DNA from: Octopus sinensis
Lineage: Eukaryota
DNA: 64,000 bases
Reading direction: 5' to 3'
Assembly: GCF_006345805.1 (NCBI RefSeq)
Contig: NC_042999.1
Coordinates: 107,694,001-107,758,000, forward strand
Program-made: the position numbers and the translations under genes
In this document: positions 38,941 through 50,924 of the stretch, one piece after another
How the letters are laid out: the number at the start of each line of letters is the position of its first letter
Position numbering within the stretch: position 1 is the first letter of the stretch
The notes under the pieces: generated by a model
Told to the model about the DNA's origin: nothing
The model's database searches: none
What the model saw: only the letters and a program-made list of their open reading frames with translations

Positions 38941-39339
38941 AAAAGTTATGATAGACATCTGAACAGTTCCTGCTACCAAATTTAACAAAGTTCTGGTCAA
39001 CCTATTATTATTGTCAAACATACCTATCCAAAGTGTCATGAAATGGAATAGAATCCCAGATGTACATGGTTGCAAAACAAGTCTTTTAACCACATGGCCA
39101 TATCTGCTATTAGGATTAGCTACTTTTCTGCCCATAGACACTAACTTAGCTGCTACAAATTTGGTTTCAGGGAAAATATTAATATTGCTGCAGCATGGAA
39201 GATGTTTATAAGCTATTTAAAAACACACAAAATAAAAATTTAATTTGAATCAAAATATTTTCATTGCACAAAGTTTTGTCAGTGAACAGGTCACAGTTTC
39301 AACACCAAACTTCCGTCAAATCCCACCCTATTATTTTAA

Positions 39340-39590
39340 CCCTTTTATTACCATATATCCGTTTACATACACTGCTTTTGTTTTATTTCATTTTGGAAGT
39401 GATGAAAAATTTAGTAAAATAACTTTGTAGGTATTCAACTGATGCTTGGAACATAAATTAACATAAATTAATTAATGATTAGAACATAAATTAACATGAA
39501 ATTTTGCAAGGTTTTAATTTTGATCACTTTAAAACAATGTTTGTGTCATAGAACCAGGAGAGATCACCTGGTGAGCTGGTATCGAAAGGG
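39340..39590. mobile_element. piggyBac-type MITE
   Basis: TTAA|cccttttattacca ... tggtatcgaaaggg|TTAA: CCC..GGG termini, TTAA TSDs, 11 of 14 TIR match. Confidence 0.8.
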
Positions 39591-39712
39591 TTAAAAATGA
39601 AGAAAATATTGGATATGTTCACAGAAATACTAACTCAGAAAACAATAGAGAATGGTCAATGCTGGAATGCATTAAACTTAAATCTACACAATGAAGACTG
39701 ATCGTTGGTTAA

Positions 39713-39910
39713 CCATTTAGCCTTCATATTACTCTGCCATATGTAATGCTTATTTATTAGTTTTGAACTTATCACACATTGTCTTGAAACTTTGAGATTT
39801 CAATTATGTAATTGTTTATGCTTAGAATGACATTGTAGGGTAAGTGTGAGAGGCTAGATCTGGTCAGATTAAATATAAAAGTGGTGGAATATTTAGCCCA
39901 GTATGGCCTG
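39713..39910. mobile_element. Probable second piggyBac-type MITE with decayed right end
   Basis: Starts TTAA|ccatttagc; the right TIR is not resolved. Confidence 0.35.
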
Positions 39911-40892
39911 TCAATGACAACAACATTATCAATAGAGACTCTGTAAAAGCATGTCTCTGTCTTTATCATGTTGGCAAGTTTCTTTCTTTTAGTTCTTTTT
40001 TTTTTCATGTTGTCTATTATTTTAGTGAATATGATTAGTAAATCATTCTAGATATGCAAGAAATAATCCCAGTATAGTAGATTTTCAAGACTTCATCATT
40101 ATTCCCAAAAGATTATTCCAACCTCCTATCTGCTTTTTAAAGAATTTTGCTATTCTGAGAATAAGAGACAGTTGTTCTTATAATTGTTCTTCTTTAGACT
40201 CTAATTAGCTTTGAACAAGCAGACATATCATCACAAGTGTTCTATACATAACCATATTGTGATTATGTAGTGAAATACACTACATTTATGTGAAAATAAT
40301 ATTGAAAATAACCAAACATTTGAAGGAATTTAGTAAAAACAAGCTTGCTACATTCATTATTTAGCTGGTCTTTAGAACATAATTTCACAAAACATTCTAA
40401 CAAAAATTATACTGGATGGTATTAATTTAAATATTAACACCCGAAAATGAATCGTTTTTCCTTCAAAGAACTTCAAGTAGTCTCAGACGGGTTAATATCA
40501 AAAAGTTATTCTGACCTCCAAAGGAGCCTTTTGGGTCTCTTAACTTACCATATGCTAATGTGCATATTACATCATTTGGAGTTAATCTTGACAAAACCAT
40601 TGTATGAAAGAATGGGCCTCTTAACAGATTTTTCCCAAATGGCGGCAGATTGTACATCAATATTTTCAAAATACAATCGTTCTTCACACAGACAATGCAG
40701 CTATTTCAATGAATATGACATTTCATTAGCAAATTGATATGTTGACTAAAGTGTTAGGACACTTGCAACTATTATACCCCATGGAAAAAGGAAAAAAATA
40801 AACAAATACATATATGCAAGCATTCATACATACACACATAATTGTAGATGTACATATACATGCATGCATACATATATACATACATATATATA

Positions 40893-40948
<56 letters not shown>

Positions 40949-41232
40949 ACATAGACATGTATATATGAATGTATGTATTTATGTATGTATATATATATAG
41001 TTTATGATTTTGCTTAGGCATAGTGATACTACCCAGTTCTTAGAACTCAGTATACTTAAACTCTAGAGTAAACTATCAGGTGAGTACAGAGTGCAATATC
41101 CATTAATGAAATCACTTTCATTATCTTACAGCAGTTTCTTCAATAAGAAGCTTGCACTCAGGCCTGAGTGCTCATGTGACATCTTATAGATTCCTCAGAG
41201 CCATTTAAATGAAGTGTGTGTTTGTTCAAACA

Positions 41233-41500
41233 TTCTACTGACAATACACTAGCGCTTGTGCTTGGCTGTTGTTCAACCATTTCAAGCAAGGCCTCAACCA
41301 TTCAAGCAAGGTCTCATCTTCTACAACAGAAGGTTTTCCTGACCTTGGTTTGTTTTTGAGGCTAGTGTCATCTTCCTTGATATGTCTGAACAAGTTTTGT
41401 GCCACACGTTCGTTGACAGTTCCTGAGCCTCATACACCATTCATTAACTTTTTTTGTCACTGCCCTTACACTTGGCTCATTTTTTTCCATGGATACCATA
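41233..41500 (-). pseudogene. Mariner transposase N-terminal fragment
   Basis: TVNERVAQNLFRHIKEDDTSLKNKPRSGKPSVVEDE..LLEMVEQQPSTS matches the mariner HTH1, linker (PRSGRP) and HTH2 start; a 20-nt duplication shifts the frame. Confidence 0.75.
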
Positions 41501-43889
41501 AACTGGCCATAATTGCAAATTTTTCCACCACTCATTATTAAAGCTGTAAAATAAAGAACAAGCAATTAATGTCTATATATTATATGTGAAAACAAAGAAT
41601 AAACAATTCAGTAATGATTGGACAAGTTGTATGAAATTAATGATAAAACATAGAAATATAAGTTGCCAAAAATCATCAGTGAAAATCTAAAAAAAGTTTT
41701 TTGGTTAAACCTGATATATGCATGCATGTCTTTATATCTACACTCATCTTAGAGATATGTATACAGGTACAAAGATATCATCATCATTGTTCGATGTTCT
41801 TCTTCCATGCTGGCATGGGCTGGATGGTTTGACAGGAGCTGGCCAGGCAGGAGCCTGCACCATGCTTCTGTATCTGTTTTGGGCTGAGTGCTTTTTACAT
41901 GGCACTCACGCAAGTGAAGTCAGCTATGCCATGCTTTTACAACTCAATGCCCTTCCAAATGCCAACCACTTTACAGGGTGGACTCGGTACTTTTTACATG
42001 GTGCCTATACTAGCAGGGTCATGAAATAACTTTGCAAAACAAGGTATCTTTGAGAGGGAAGGGGGAATTGGAGGAGGTGATAAATATATATACATATATA
42101 TTCACATATGTATATAGAAGAATGCATATATATTGACAAATGTACACATACACATTTACAAACTCATGTAATAAAAATACATATATACAAGCATACACAT
42201 GCAGACATAAATACAAATATGAATCACTACATATTTATAGACATACATCTATGAGTAGAGATACTATGCTGTTTTGCAATGGCTGAGATATACTCCACAG
42301 AAAGTTATCTTCATTTTTTATTTTATCTCACCAGGTGTTTTTGAGAATCTTCCATATGATATTTATCCACCATCTTCTAGGTTTGTCCAAGGGTAGGCAT
42401 ATCTTTAGTATTTTTAAAGTATAAGTCATTTTAATTTAACAGGCTTCATGCTTTAATTTTCGAAATATTCATTATAAATTAAGCAGAGAAAATAATGTTC
42501 ATATTCTGGAAACTAATGTAAGTCCATATTGCAAAGGCACCAACTAAAATCCTCTTCTTTGTTCACGATAATTCAGGTTCTATAGTTTCATTCAGTTTCC
42601 AATTAATGCTACAACATCAAGATTCAGCTAAAACTAACACTTCAGCACTGCTCTTTGCCATATTCTGCTTTTACAAATTTAACCATTTATCCATAGGAGG
42701 TATTTTTAATTCTGTGTCATAAAAGATGAACTGACATTTTGAAAATACCTGCAAAAAAAATTAAAACAATAATGGTTGTGTGTAAGTAAAGATGAATTTA
42801 AATTAATAAGTACCTAAATTGTATAAATGTAAAATTAAAATATTTAAAACTTTTTATGTTTATTAAATTACTTTTATAAGATATAAAATTATTCTAGAAA
42901 ATGGAACAAATTGTATCATTATTTCTTGATCTCAGATGTAAGTTATACACTTGTCACAATTAAATTTATGAAGCAGAACAACTATTGTGTCACAGTTCGC
43001 TGCCTCTTTATAATATGATATATTTCCAGGTCAAGAGTTCAGAATGATGACTGCACAAAGAAACTGTTGTAATAGCTTTCCCAAAAACACTTCCTTCACT
43101 TAAACCGTTAATACATGACAAAACATATGATATGGAATATCAAATATCACAAGACAACAAAACCAAGTATATTACAAATCATTATAAAATCAAAGTTTGT
43201 TAAAGTAAACTTACAAAACTAAATATTACTACCAAAATACAGGGAAAAAAATTTTTTAAGTGAAGAAAGACTTTAAGGATGTATGGTAATCTTTAGGAAT
43301 CATTGCTCTCATTGTAAATGTAAGTATGGAGCAAAAACTGAAGAAGAACAGAACAAGTGTGGTCTGTCTAATGGGCCATACTGCTTTAAGTATGCAGTTG
43401 GCCATGTATACATGCTACATATGATGTGCATGTACACAGAAATCTTGGATCTAGTAATTCTATCACCACTGCTGGACACTTTTTGTCAGCAACTTTATAC
43501 TTCTGTGTTTTCAGCACTATATTTATATAAGGATACATTCTCAAGAAGAATACCACAGTATTGAAGCTTTTTGTAGTATATCCATGTGAAATAAGATATA
43601 CAGAATGCTATTCTAAACTAATACTGGTTCCATTGCTAATAACATATATATATATATATCATCATCGTCATCATCATCGTTTAACATCTGTTGTCCATGC
43701 TAGCATGGGTTGGACGGTTCGACCGGGTATCTGGGAAGCCAGAAGGCTGCACCAGGCTCCAGTCTTATCTGGCAGTGTTTCTACAGCTGGATGCCCTTCC
43801 TAACGCCAACCACTCCGTGAGTGTAGTGGGTGCTTTTTACGTGCCACCTGCACAGGTGCCAGGCGAGGCTGGCAACGGCCACGGTCGGA

Positions 43890-44490
43890 TTGGTGTATTT
43901 TATGTGCCACCGGCACGGAAGCCAGACGAGGCGGAGCTGGCATCGGCCACGAGTCGGATAGTGCTTTTTACCCCACGAGTCGGATAGTGCTTTTTACGTA
44001 CCACCAGACCAGGGATCCTGGCTGGTTCAATTCGATTTCGATTTCGATTTCGCTTGCCCCAACATGTCTTCGCCAGCAAGGGGGTTGGCATGGGTGCCTG
44101 TCGTACGGTCAGATTGGTGTATTTTACGTGCCACCGGCACGGAAGCCAGTGGAGGCGGCGCTGGCATCGGCCACGAGTCGGATAGTGCTTTTTACGTACC
44201 ACCAGACCAGGGATCCTGGCTGGTTCAATTCGATTTCGATTTCGATTTCGCTTGCCCCAACATGTCTTCGCAAGCAAGGGGGTTGGCATGGGGGCCTGTC
44301 GTACGGTTAGGTTGGTGTATTTTACGTGCCACCGGCACGGAAGCCAGTGGAGGCGGCGCTGGCATCGGCCACGAGTCGGATAGTGCTTTTTACGTACCAC
44401 CAGACCAGGGATCCTGGCTGGTTCAATTCGATTTCGCTTGCCCCAACATGTCTTTGCAAGCAAAGGGGGTTGGCATGGGTGCCTGTCGTC
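43890..44490. repeat. Three tandem units of about 198 bp in the RTE 3' UTR
   Basis: ttggtgtatttta recurs at 43890, 44114 and 44312; the first unit has an extra 26-nt duplication. Confidence 0.92.
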
Positions 44491-44572
44491 GGATGAGGTT
44501 CTATATCGACTTCACTTGCCTCAACAGGTCTTTGTGTCCAAGGGAGGAAAGGCATTCATAAGTGGGCTGGGC

Positions 44573-46823
44573 TCACTTGTCCTGCCTGGTCTTCTCACGT
44601 ACAGAATATTTCCAAAGGTCTCGGTCGCTGGTCATTTCCTCAGTGAGGCCTAAAGTTCGAAGGTCGTGCTTCACCACCTCGTCCCAGGTTTTCCTGGGTC
44701 TACCTCTTCCACGGGTTCCCTCAACTGCTAAGGATTGGCACTTTCTCACACACCTATCTTCATCCATTCTCGCCACATGACCATACCAGCGCAATCGTCT
44801 CTCTTGCACACCACAACTGATGCCTCTTAGGTACAACATTTCTCTCAAGGTGCTAACGCTCTGTCGAGTATGTACACTGACATTACACATCCATCGGAGC
44901 ATACTGGCTTCATTCCTCACGAGCTTACGCATGTCCTCGGCAGTCACGGCCCATGTTTCACTGCCATGTAGCATGGCTGTTCGTACACACGCATCATACA
45001 GTCTGCCTTTTACTCTGAGTGAGAGGCCTTTAGTGACCAGCAGAGGTAAGAGCTCCCTAAACTTTGCCCAGGCTATTCTTATTCTAGCAGTTACACTTTC
45101 AGCGCACCCACCCCCACTACTGACTTGGTCACCTAGATAACGGAAGCTATCAACTACTTCTAGTTTTTCCCCTTGGAAAGTGACGGAAGTTGTTTTCTGC
45201 AGATTTTCGGAGGTTAATGCTCCTGAGCATCTGCCACATACAAAAACTATCTTCCCAGTTAGCCTACCTTTGACATTGCTGCACCTCTTATGTGTCCATA
45301 GCTTACACTGGGTACATCTTATAGAGTTTCTACCTACACCTTTTCTACAGATCGAGCAGGGCCATCTTCCTGAAGACATTTGTGGATTGTCTACCTTCCT
45401 ACTTATTAGTACTTTGGTTTTAGCTAGGTTGACTCTAAGGCCCCTCGATTCTAAACCCTCCTTCCACACCTGGAACTTCTCCTCCAGCTCTGATAGTGAC
45501 TCAGCAATAAGAGCAAGGTCGTCAGCGTAGAGGAGCTCCCAGGGACAACCTGTCTTGAATTCCTCCGTAATTGCCTGGAGGACTATGATAAATAGGAGGG
45601 GGCTGAGTACTGAACCCTGGTGGACCCCAACCTCTACTTTGAATTCTTCTGTGTACATGTTGCCAACCCTAACCTTACTTACGGCATCTCTGTACATGGC
45701 TTGCACAGTCCTCACCAGCCATTCATCTATCCCTAGTTTCCTCATTGACCACCAGATAAGGGATCGGGGGACCCTATCAAAAGCTTTCTCCATGTCAACA
45801 AAAGCCAGGTACAGGGGCTTATCTTTGGCTAGGTATTTCTCCTGCAGCTGCCTTACCAGGAATATAGCATCAGTGGTACTTTTCCCTGGCACGAACCCAA
45901 ACTGCATCTCATCTAAACTAACTCTCTCTCTAATTAGTTGGGCTATGACCCTCTCCGTAACCTTCATTACTTGATCCAACAGCTTGATACCTCTGTAATT
46001 ATTTGTATCTAGGGCATCACCTTTACCTTTGTAGCAGTTGACTAGTATGCTGCTACACCAATCATTGGGTATGACTCCTTCGTGTATCACCTGGTTGACT
46101 ATACGGGTGACTAGGTTATAGCCGACACCGCCAGATATTTTGAGCATCTCTGCAGTAATTCCTGATGGGCCTGGGGCTTTCCCTGTCTTCATGCTTTTAA
46201 TTGCCTTAGCTACCACGGAACTATCAACTCGGATTGCTGGTCCCTCTGTTGGGTCAACATTCGGCAGACTCTCTTTATCCCATTCATTTTCTTTATTCAG
46301 CAACCTTTCATAGTGGCATCTCCAAACCTCTCTCTTTGCATCCTCATTTAGCGCAAGTGAACCATCATCCATGCGAACACACTTCTCTCCTACCACATCA
46401 CGATTCTCTCTCACACACTGTCTTGCAACACGAAATACCTCAAGTCTTTCATCCTCACGGCTCAGAACATTGGCAAATTTTTTCTTATCCGCTTCCCCTC
46501 TGGCTAAATAAACCTGTCTCCTAGCTTCCCTTCTGGCTGTCTGATACAATTCCCTGCTACCACCGTTCCTCCAGTCCTTCCAAGCCTGTCTCTTTTGTCT
46601 AATAGCCCTGTCGACCACAGAGTTCCACCACCATGTTACTCTGGGTCGAGACGGTACTTTGCTCCATCCACAGATCTGGTCAGTGGCTGTCAGCAGATTG
46701 TCCCGTAGAAATCTCCAGTTGCCTTCCACATTAAGTGAAGCTATATCCCCTTCTATTTCGTCAAAGGCTTCGAGTAGTATGTCTCTAAATCTCTGTCCAT
46801 TTGCAGGATCTTTAAGCTTCCAG

Positions 46824-46825
<2 letters not shown>
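44573..46825 (-). CDS. RTE reverse transcriptase ORF (lacks the N-terminal APE), with an embedded PHD-type finger
   Basis: Open from the truncation point (VWKLKDP..) for 750 codons; motifs NYRGIKLL, QFGFVPGKSTTDAIF, FVDMEKAFDRV, GVHQGSVLSPLLF, LLYADD, GLRVNLAKTK, FRYLG and C-terminal RGRPRKTW. Confidence 0.93.
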
Positions 46826-46865
<40 letters not shown>

Positions 46866-47187
46866 ATATATATAAATAAAAATTATGAGTTAGAGGTTAT
46901 GCAACCATCTAAGGGATAAATGTATCCATAGTGTATTACCTTCCTATGTATAGGCCTTGCTATAAGGTTAACAGTAGTTGGTAATTTAAATGGTAAACCA
47001 TGGTTTAATATATTCAGATAAGAAAAGAAATGGAGCAACAATTAACAATTAGAAGTTGATCATTCGTATTAAAAGGTCATAGTTTAAATATAGTTACTAA
47101 AAACATTTACAGCTGTTTCAGTTTATTATTTTTGAAGTAAACTTGCATTTATCTCATTCCATTTAACAAACATTGTCAGAATGATAA

Positions 47188-47763
47188 GGGAGCAAGGCAA
47201 AACGCCTATCTCCAACATGACTGAAATTAATGCCGAGGCACAAAATAACTACTGAAAATCTCAAAAAAAGACACAGTTTGTAGTCGGGTGAGTGAAAAAA
47301 TATTAAAAAAGGACTTCATGTTAATCGTGTATTGGGTCCAATTTCTGGATTAAAGTCATAAAAAAGCTTTTTTCTTTCTATTCCATTATGAATAAATAAA
47401 TAAAATAATATAATAGTTTTACTCCTAATCAAAATTGCATTTTCTGTGGAGTTATTTTGATAAAATACACCTGATTATCTTTGATCTATACATGCTAATA
47501 TTTGTATGTAAACATGCGAATCCACTTTGTATGAGTATGTATAATTATTTGTATTCATATTTCTTGTGTATTGTGTTGACGAAGAAAAGCAGCCTTTTTT
47601 ATGGCCATAATCCGGAAATTGGACGCAATTTACATGAAGCCTTTTATAGTATTTTTTCACTTCCTTGACTACAACGTGTGTCTTTTTTGGAGTTTTCTGG
47701 TAGTCTTTTAGTGCCTCGGCATTTTTTTCAAGTATGCTGGAGATAGGCATTTTGCTTGTTCCC
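47188..47763. mobile_element. MITE with long TIRs (about 185 bp), Kolobok-like ends
   Basis: 47188-47378 and 47581-47763 are imperfect reverse complements; ends are ataa|GGG...CCC|ttaa. Confidence 0.65.
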
Positions 47764-48270
47764 TTAATATAATTATATTTATCTATCTATATATAAATAT
47801 ATATAAATGGAACAAAAACGCAGTAGAGGACATTCAAATGTTTGGACAGATAAATGACACAAAGGCAGACAAGAGAAACAATGATTAGAAGGACAGGGAA
47901 AAAAGACGGGTCATTCTTGGCTTTCTTTCTTCAGTCAAGTACCAGAAGTCACGACCATTTTGGGCAGTTACACTTGAGACGGTTCTCAAAAAAGTCTAAG
48001 CTAAGAGCATTAGACCCCTTTGTAAGAAAGCTAACTATATAAATTACCTATAAATTTTTATTTCATGCTGACTACCTGATAAAAATCATTAACACATGAT
48101 TTTATCCTATTCCATATATGTGTATATATATGTATGTATGTTTATACATATATACATACATACATACATACATACATACATGCTCATATATATATGCTCC
48201 AGCATGGCTGTAGTCAAATGACTGAAACAAGTAAAAGAAAAAAGAATACATACATATATTTATATATCTA

Positions 48271-48356
<86 letters not shown>

Positions 48357-48445
48357 GAGGGAGAGAGAGAGTTTTTAAGTTAGGTGTTCTCTATATAAAA
48401 TACACTTCAATATGCTCAAGAGATTTGAACTTGAACTGGTAGATG

Positions 48446-48726
48446 AGTAAGTTAGGCAAGTCGATTTATATAGAATATTAAATATATTTAATAGAAAAAA
48501 TGTACATGTGTATGGATATAAAATAGTCCAACTCACAGAATATTAATCATATTAGGAGTTAAATGGGTCGAGTTTTAAGAGTCCATTTAACTCTACCCAT
48601 TTAACTCCTGATATCATTTATATTCTGCAAGTGAAACTATTTTATATCCATACGCATGTATATTTGTATATTTTTTTTTATTAAATATATTTAATATTCA
48701 GTGTAAATCGACTTGTCTAATTTGCT
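48446..48726. mobile_element. Foldback palindrome of about 280 bp
   Basis: Outer arms ttaggcaagtcgattta / taaatcgacttgtctaa; inner 26-bp stem at 48549-48614 with a 14-nt loop. Confidence 0.75.
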
Positions 48727-48762
48727 TGTCGTTACATTTACTCGTGTATGTGTATGTTTATA

Positions 48763-48814
<52 letters not shown>

Positions 48815-48861
48815 CATATATATATATATAGAGAGTATACAGAAAATATAGAAATATATAG

Positions 48862-49238
48862 AAAATCAAAATCAAAATCAAAATCGATCAACATCAATGG
48901 AAATTGTAGCTGTGATACCAGTGCCGGTGACACATAAGAGAACCATCCGAACATGGCCATTGCCAGCGCCGCCCCAACTGGCATCCGTGCCGGTGGCACG
49001 TAAAAAGCACAATTCGATCATGGCCGTTTGCCAGCCTCATCTGGCACCTGTGCAGGTGGCACATAAAAAGCACCCACTACACTCACGGAGTGGTTAGTGT
49101 TAGGAAGGGCATCCAGCTGTAGAAACACTGCCAGATCAGACTGGGCCTGGCGCAGCCTACTGGCTTCCCAGCCCCCAGTTGAACCGTCCAAACCATGCTA
49201 GCATGGAAAACGGACATTAAACGATGATGATGATGATG
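48862..49238 (+). mobile_element. RTE 3' UTR copy (same subfamily as 14852 and 15491)
   Basis: catcaatggaaattgtagctgtgataccagtgccggtg, hairpin modules, (GAT)n tail. Confidence 0.85.
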
Positions 49239-49400
49239 ATACATATATATATGTATATATATGCATATGTATATACATATATGCATATATATATGCATAT
49301 ATATATACATATATACACATATATATATATATATGCATATCATATATTTATATATGTATATGCATATATGCATATATATATATGTATATGTGTATATGTA

Positions 49401-49454
<54 letters not shown>

Positions 49455-49668
49455 ATTATATATATATATATATGTATGTATATATTGTTATATTTCGGAA
49501 TGGTCATTTTGCCAGTTTAGCCATATATATATGTATAAAAGAGGTGAGAACCAAAAACCTTCAAAGGGATATCAAACATCCAAGTCCACCGGTACAGTCC
49601 AAGTAAAGAATATATGAAATTATGAATTAAAGATCATCTACACCTACAATTTTTCCTTTCCTTATACT

Positions 49669-50337
49669 AAGGTCGATATAGCTTGTAGGATGAGCTCCTG
49701 GTTCTTAAGAACCTTCTAGTCCAGAGAACACAGTGTCATCATTCCACTTTTCTCCTCCTTTGTACACCTACAACTTGAATACTGCTGCCCCTTGTGGTCT
49801 CCCCATACAAAACAAAACACCTCGAAAATTGAATCACCCCAAAAGGCATTCTCTAAATGACTGATCTCGATTACTGGGACCACCTTAAAGCCTTAAAACT
49901 CTACTCTTTCCATCGCCACATCATTTACATGATGTGGAGAATATACACCCAGCATTGCCCAAACAACCTGAACATTAGCTTCAAGGTTCATCCAAGGCTA
50001 GGACCACGGGCCACACATCCCCTGCCCAATTCAGGATCACAACATATAGGTACACTGTGACACAATTTCTTTTCCTCAACATCCCCTTCCCTGTTTAACA
50101 TTGTTCCAAAACTGATCAAAGAGGAAAAGGATCCTATCAACTTTAAACAGAGTCTGGACAAATTTCTTCAAGGAATACCGGATAAGCCACCTATACCTGG
50201 ATACAACTCACTCAACAAGAACTTATTACTTCAATGGACCATAATACCACAAAACTTGACTTAAAAAGGATTTAGGTAATCCTCTCTGGTGGTGCTATTA
50301 AGTTACACATGGCCTGGACCAATCTTTGGTCAAAATA
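49669..50337 (+). mobile_element. Decayed CR1-type LINE 3' end
   Basis: FVHLQLEYCCPLWSP..IESPQKAF, DYWDHLKALKLYS and FKQSLDKFLQGIPDKPPIPGY are typical CR1-group ORF2 C-terminal motifs. Confidence 0.75.
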
Positions 50338-50352
50338 TATCTTAAATATGTG

Positions 50353-50424
<72 letters not shown>

Positions 50425-50565
50425 CATGTATATGCATTTTCCATGGCTCAGAACAAATCAAATCTTGTAAATGAATATTGGTTGATGGAAACTGTACCTG
50501 TAATTCAAAAGCCAAGTCTTGTGACACTTTTGTAACAATTATTCTGAGTATGCTGATATTCTTTT

Positions 50566-50771
50566 CTACTCTAGGCACAAGGCCTGAACTTTTCGAGAAG
50601 ATGCCTATCGATTAGATCGACCCCAGTACGCAACTGGTGCTTAATTTATCAGCCTCAAAAGGATGAAATGCGAAGTGAACCGCAGAGGAATTTTAATTCA
50701 GAATGTAAAGACATTTGAAATAGCAGTAAGCATTTTGCCTGGCATGCTAACGTTTTTGCCAGCTTGCCACC
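50566..50771 (-). mobile_element. SINE, family B
   Basis: atcgaccccagtacgcaactggtgcttaattta..aggatgaaatgcgaagt..ctaacgtttttgccagcttgccacc. Confidence 0.8.
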
Positions 50772-50924
50772 TTTCTGAACACAATGATAGTGTACACATG
50801 TGTAGGGAATGTTCAACCACAATATATGGTAATTCAAAGAGTAAGTGATCCAGTTGATCAATACATGCAAGCACACACACACACACATTTACATATTTAC
50901 ATACATATATATATATATATATAC

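Larger units (their letters stand above)
43660..46827 (-). mobile_element. Young 5'-truncated RTE-clade LINE
   Basis: Intact RT ORF, a 3' UTR of about 900 nt, (GAT)n tail, and (TA)n on both flanks. Confidence 0.95.

Noticed and set aside
43836-44490. Repeat-spacer pattern resembling a CRISPR array (also at 55440-55660)
   Set aside because: It lies in a LINE 3' UTR in eukaryotic DNA, the spacers are related to each other, and there are no cas genes.
43900-44561. 187-aa minus and 165-aa plus ORFs with internal repeats
   Set aside because: By-product of a 198-nt (66-codon) tandem unit in GC-richer UTR sequence; the frame is not kept in the sister copy at 55273.
44562-46524. Several plus-strand ORFs of 70-140 aa
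   Set aside because: Antisense shadows of the RTE coding frame.
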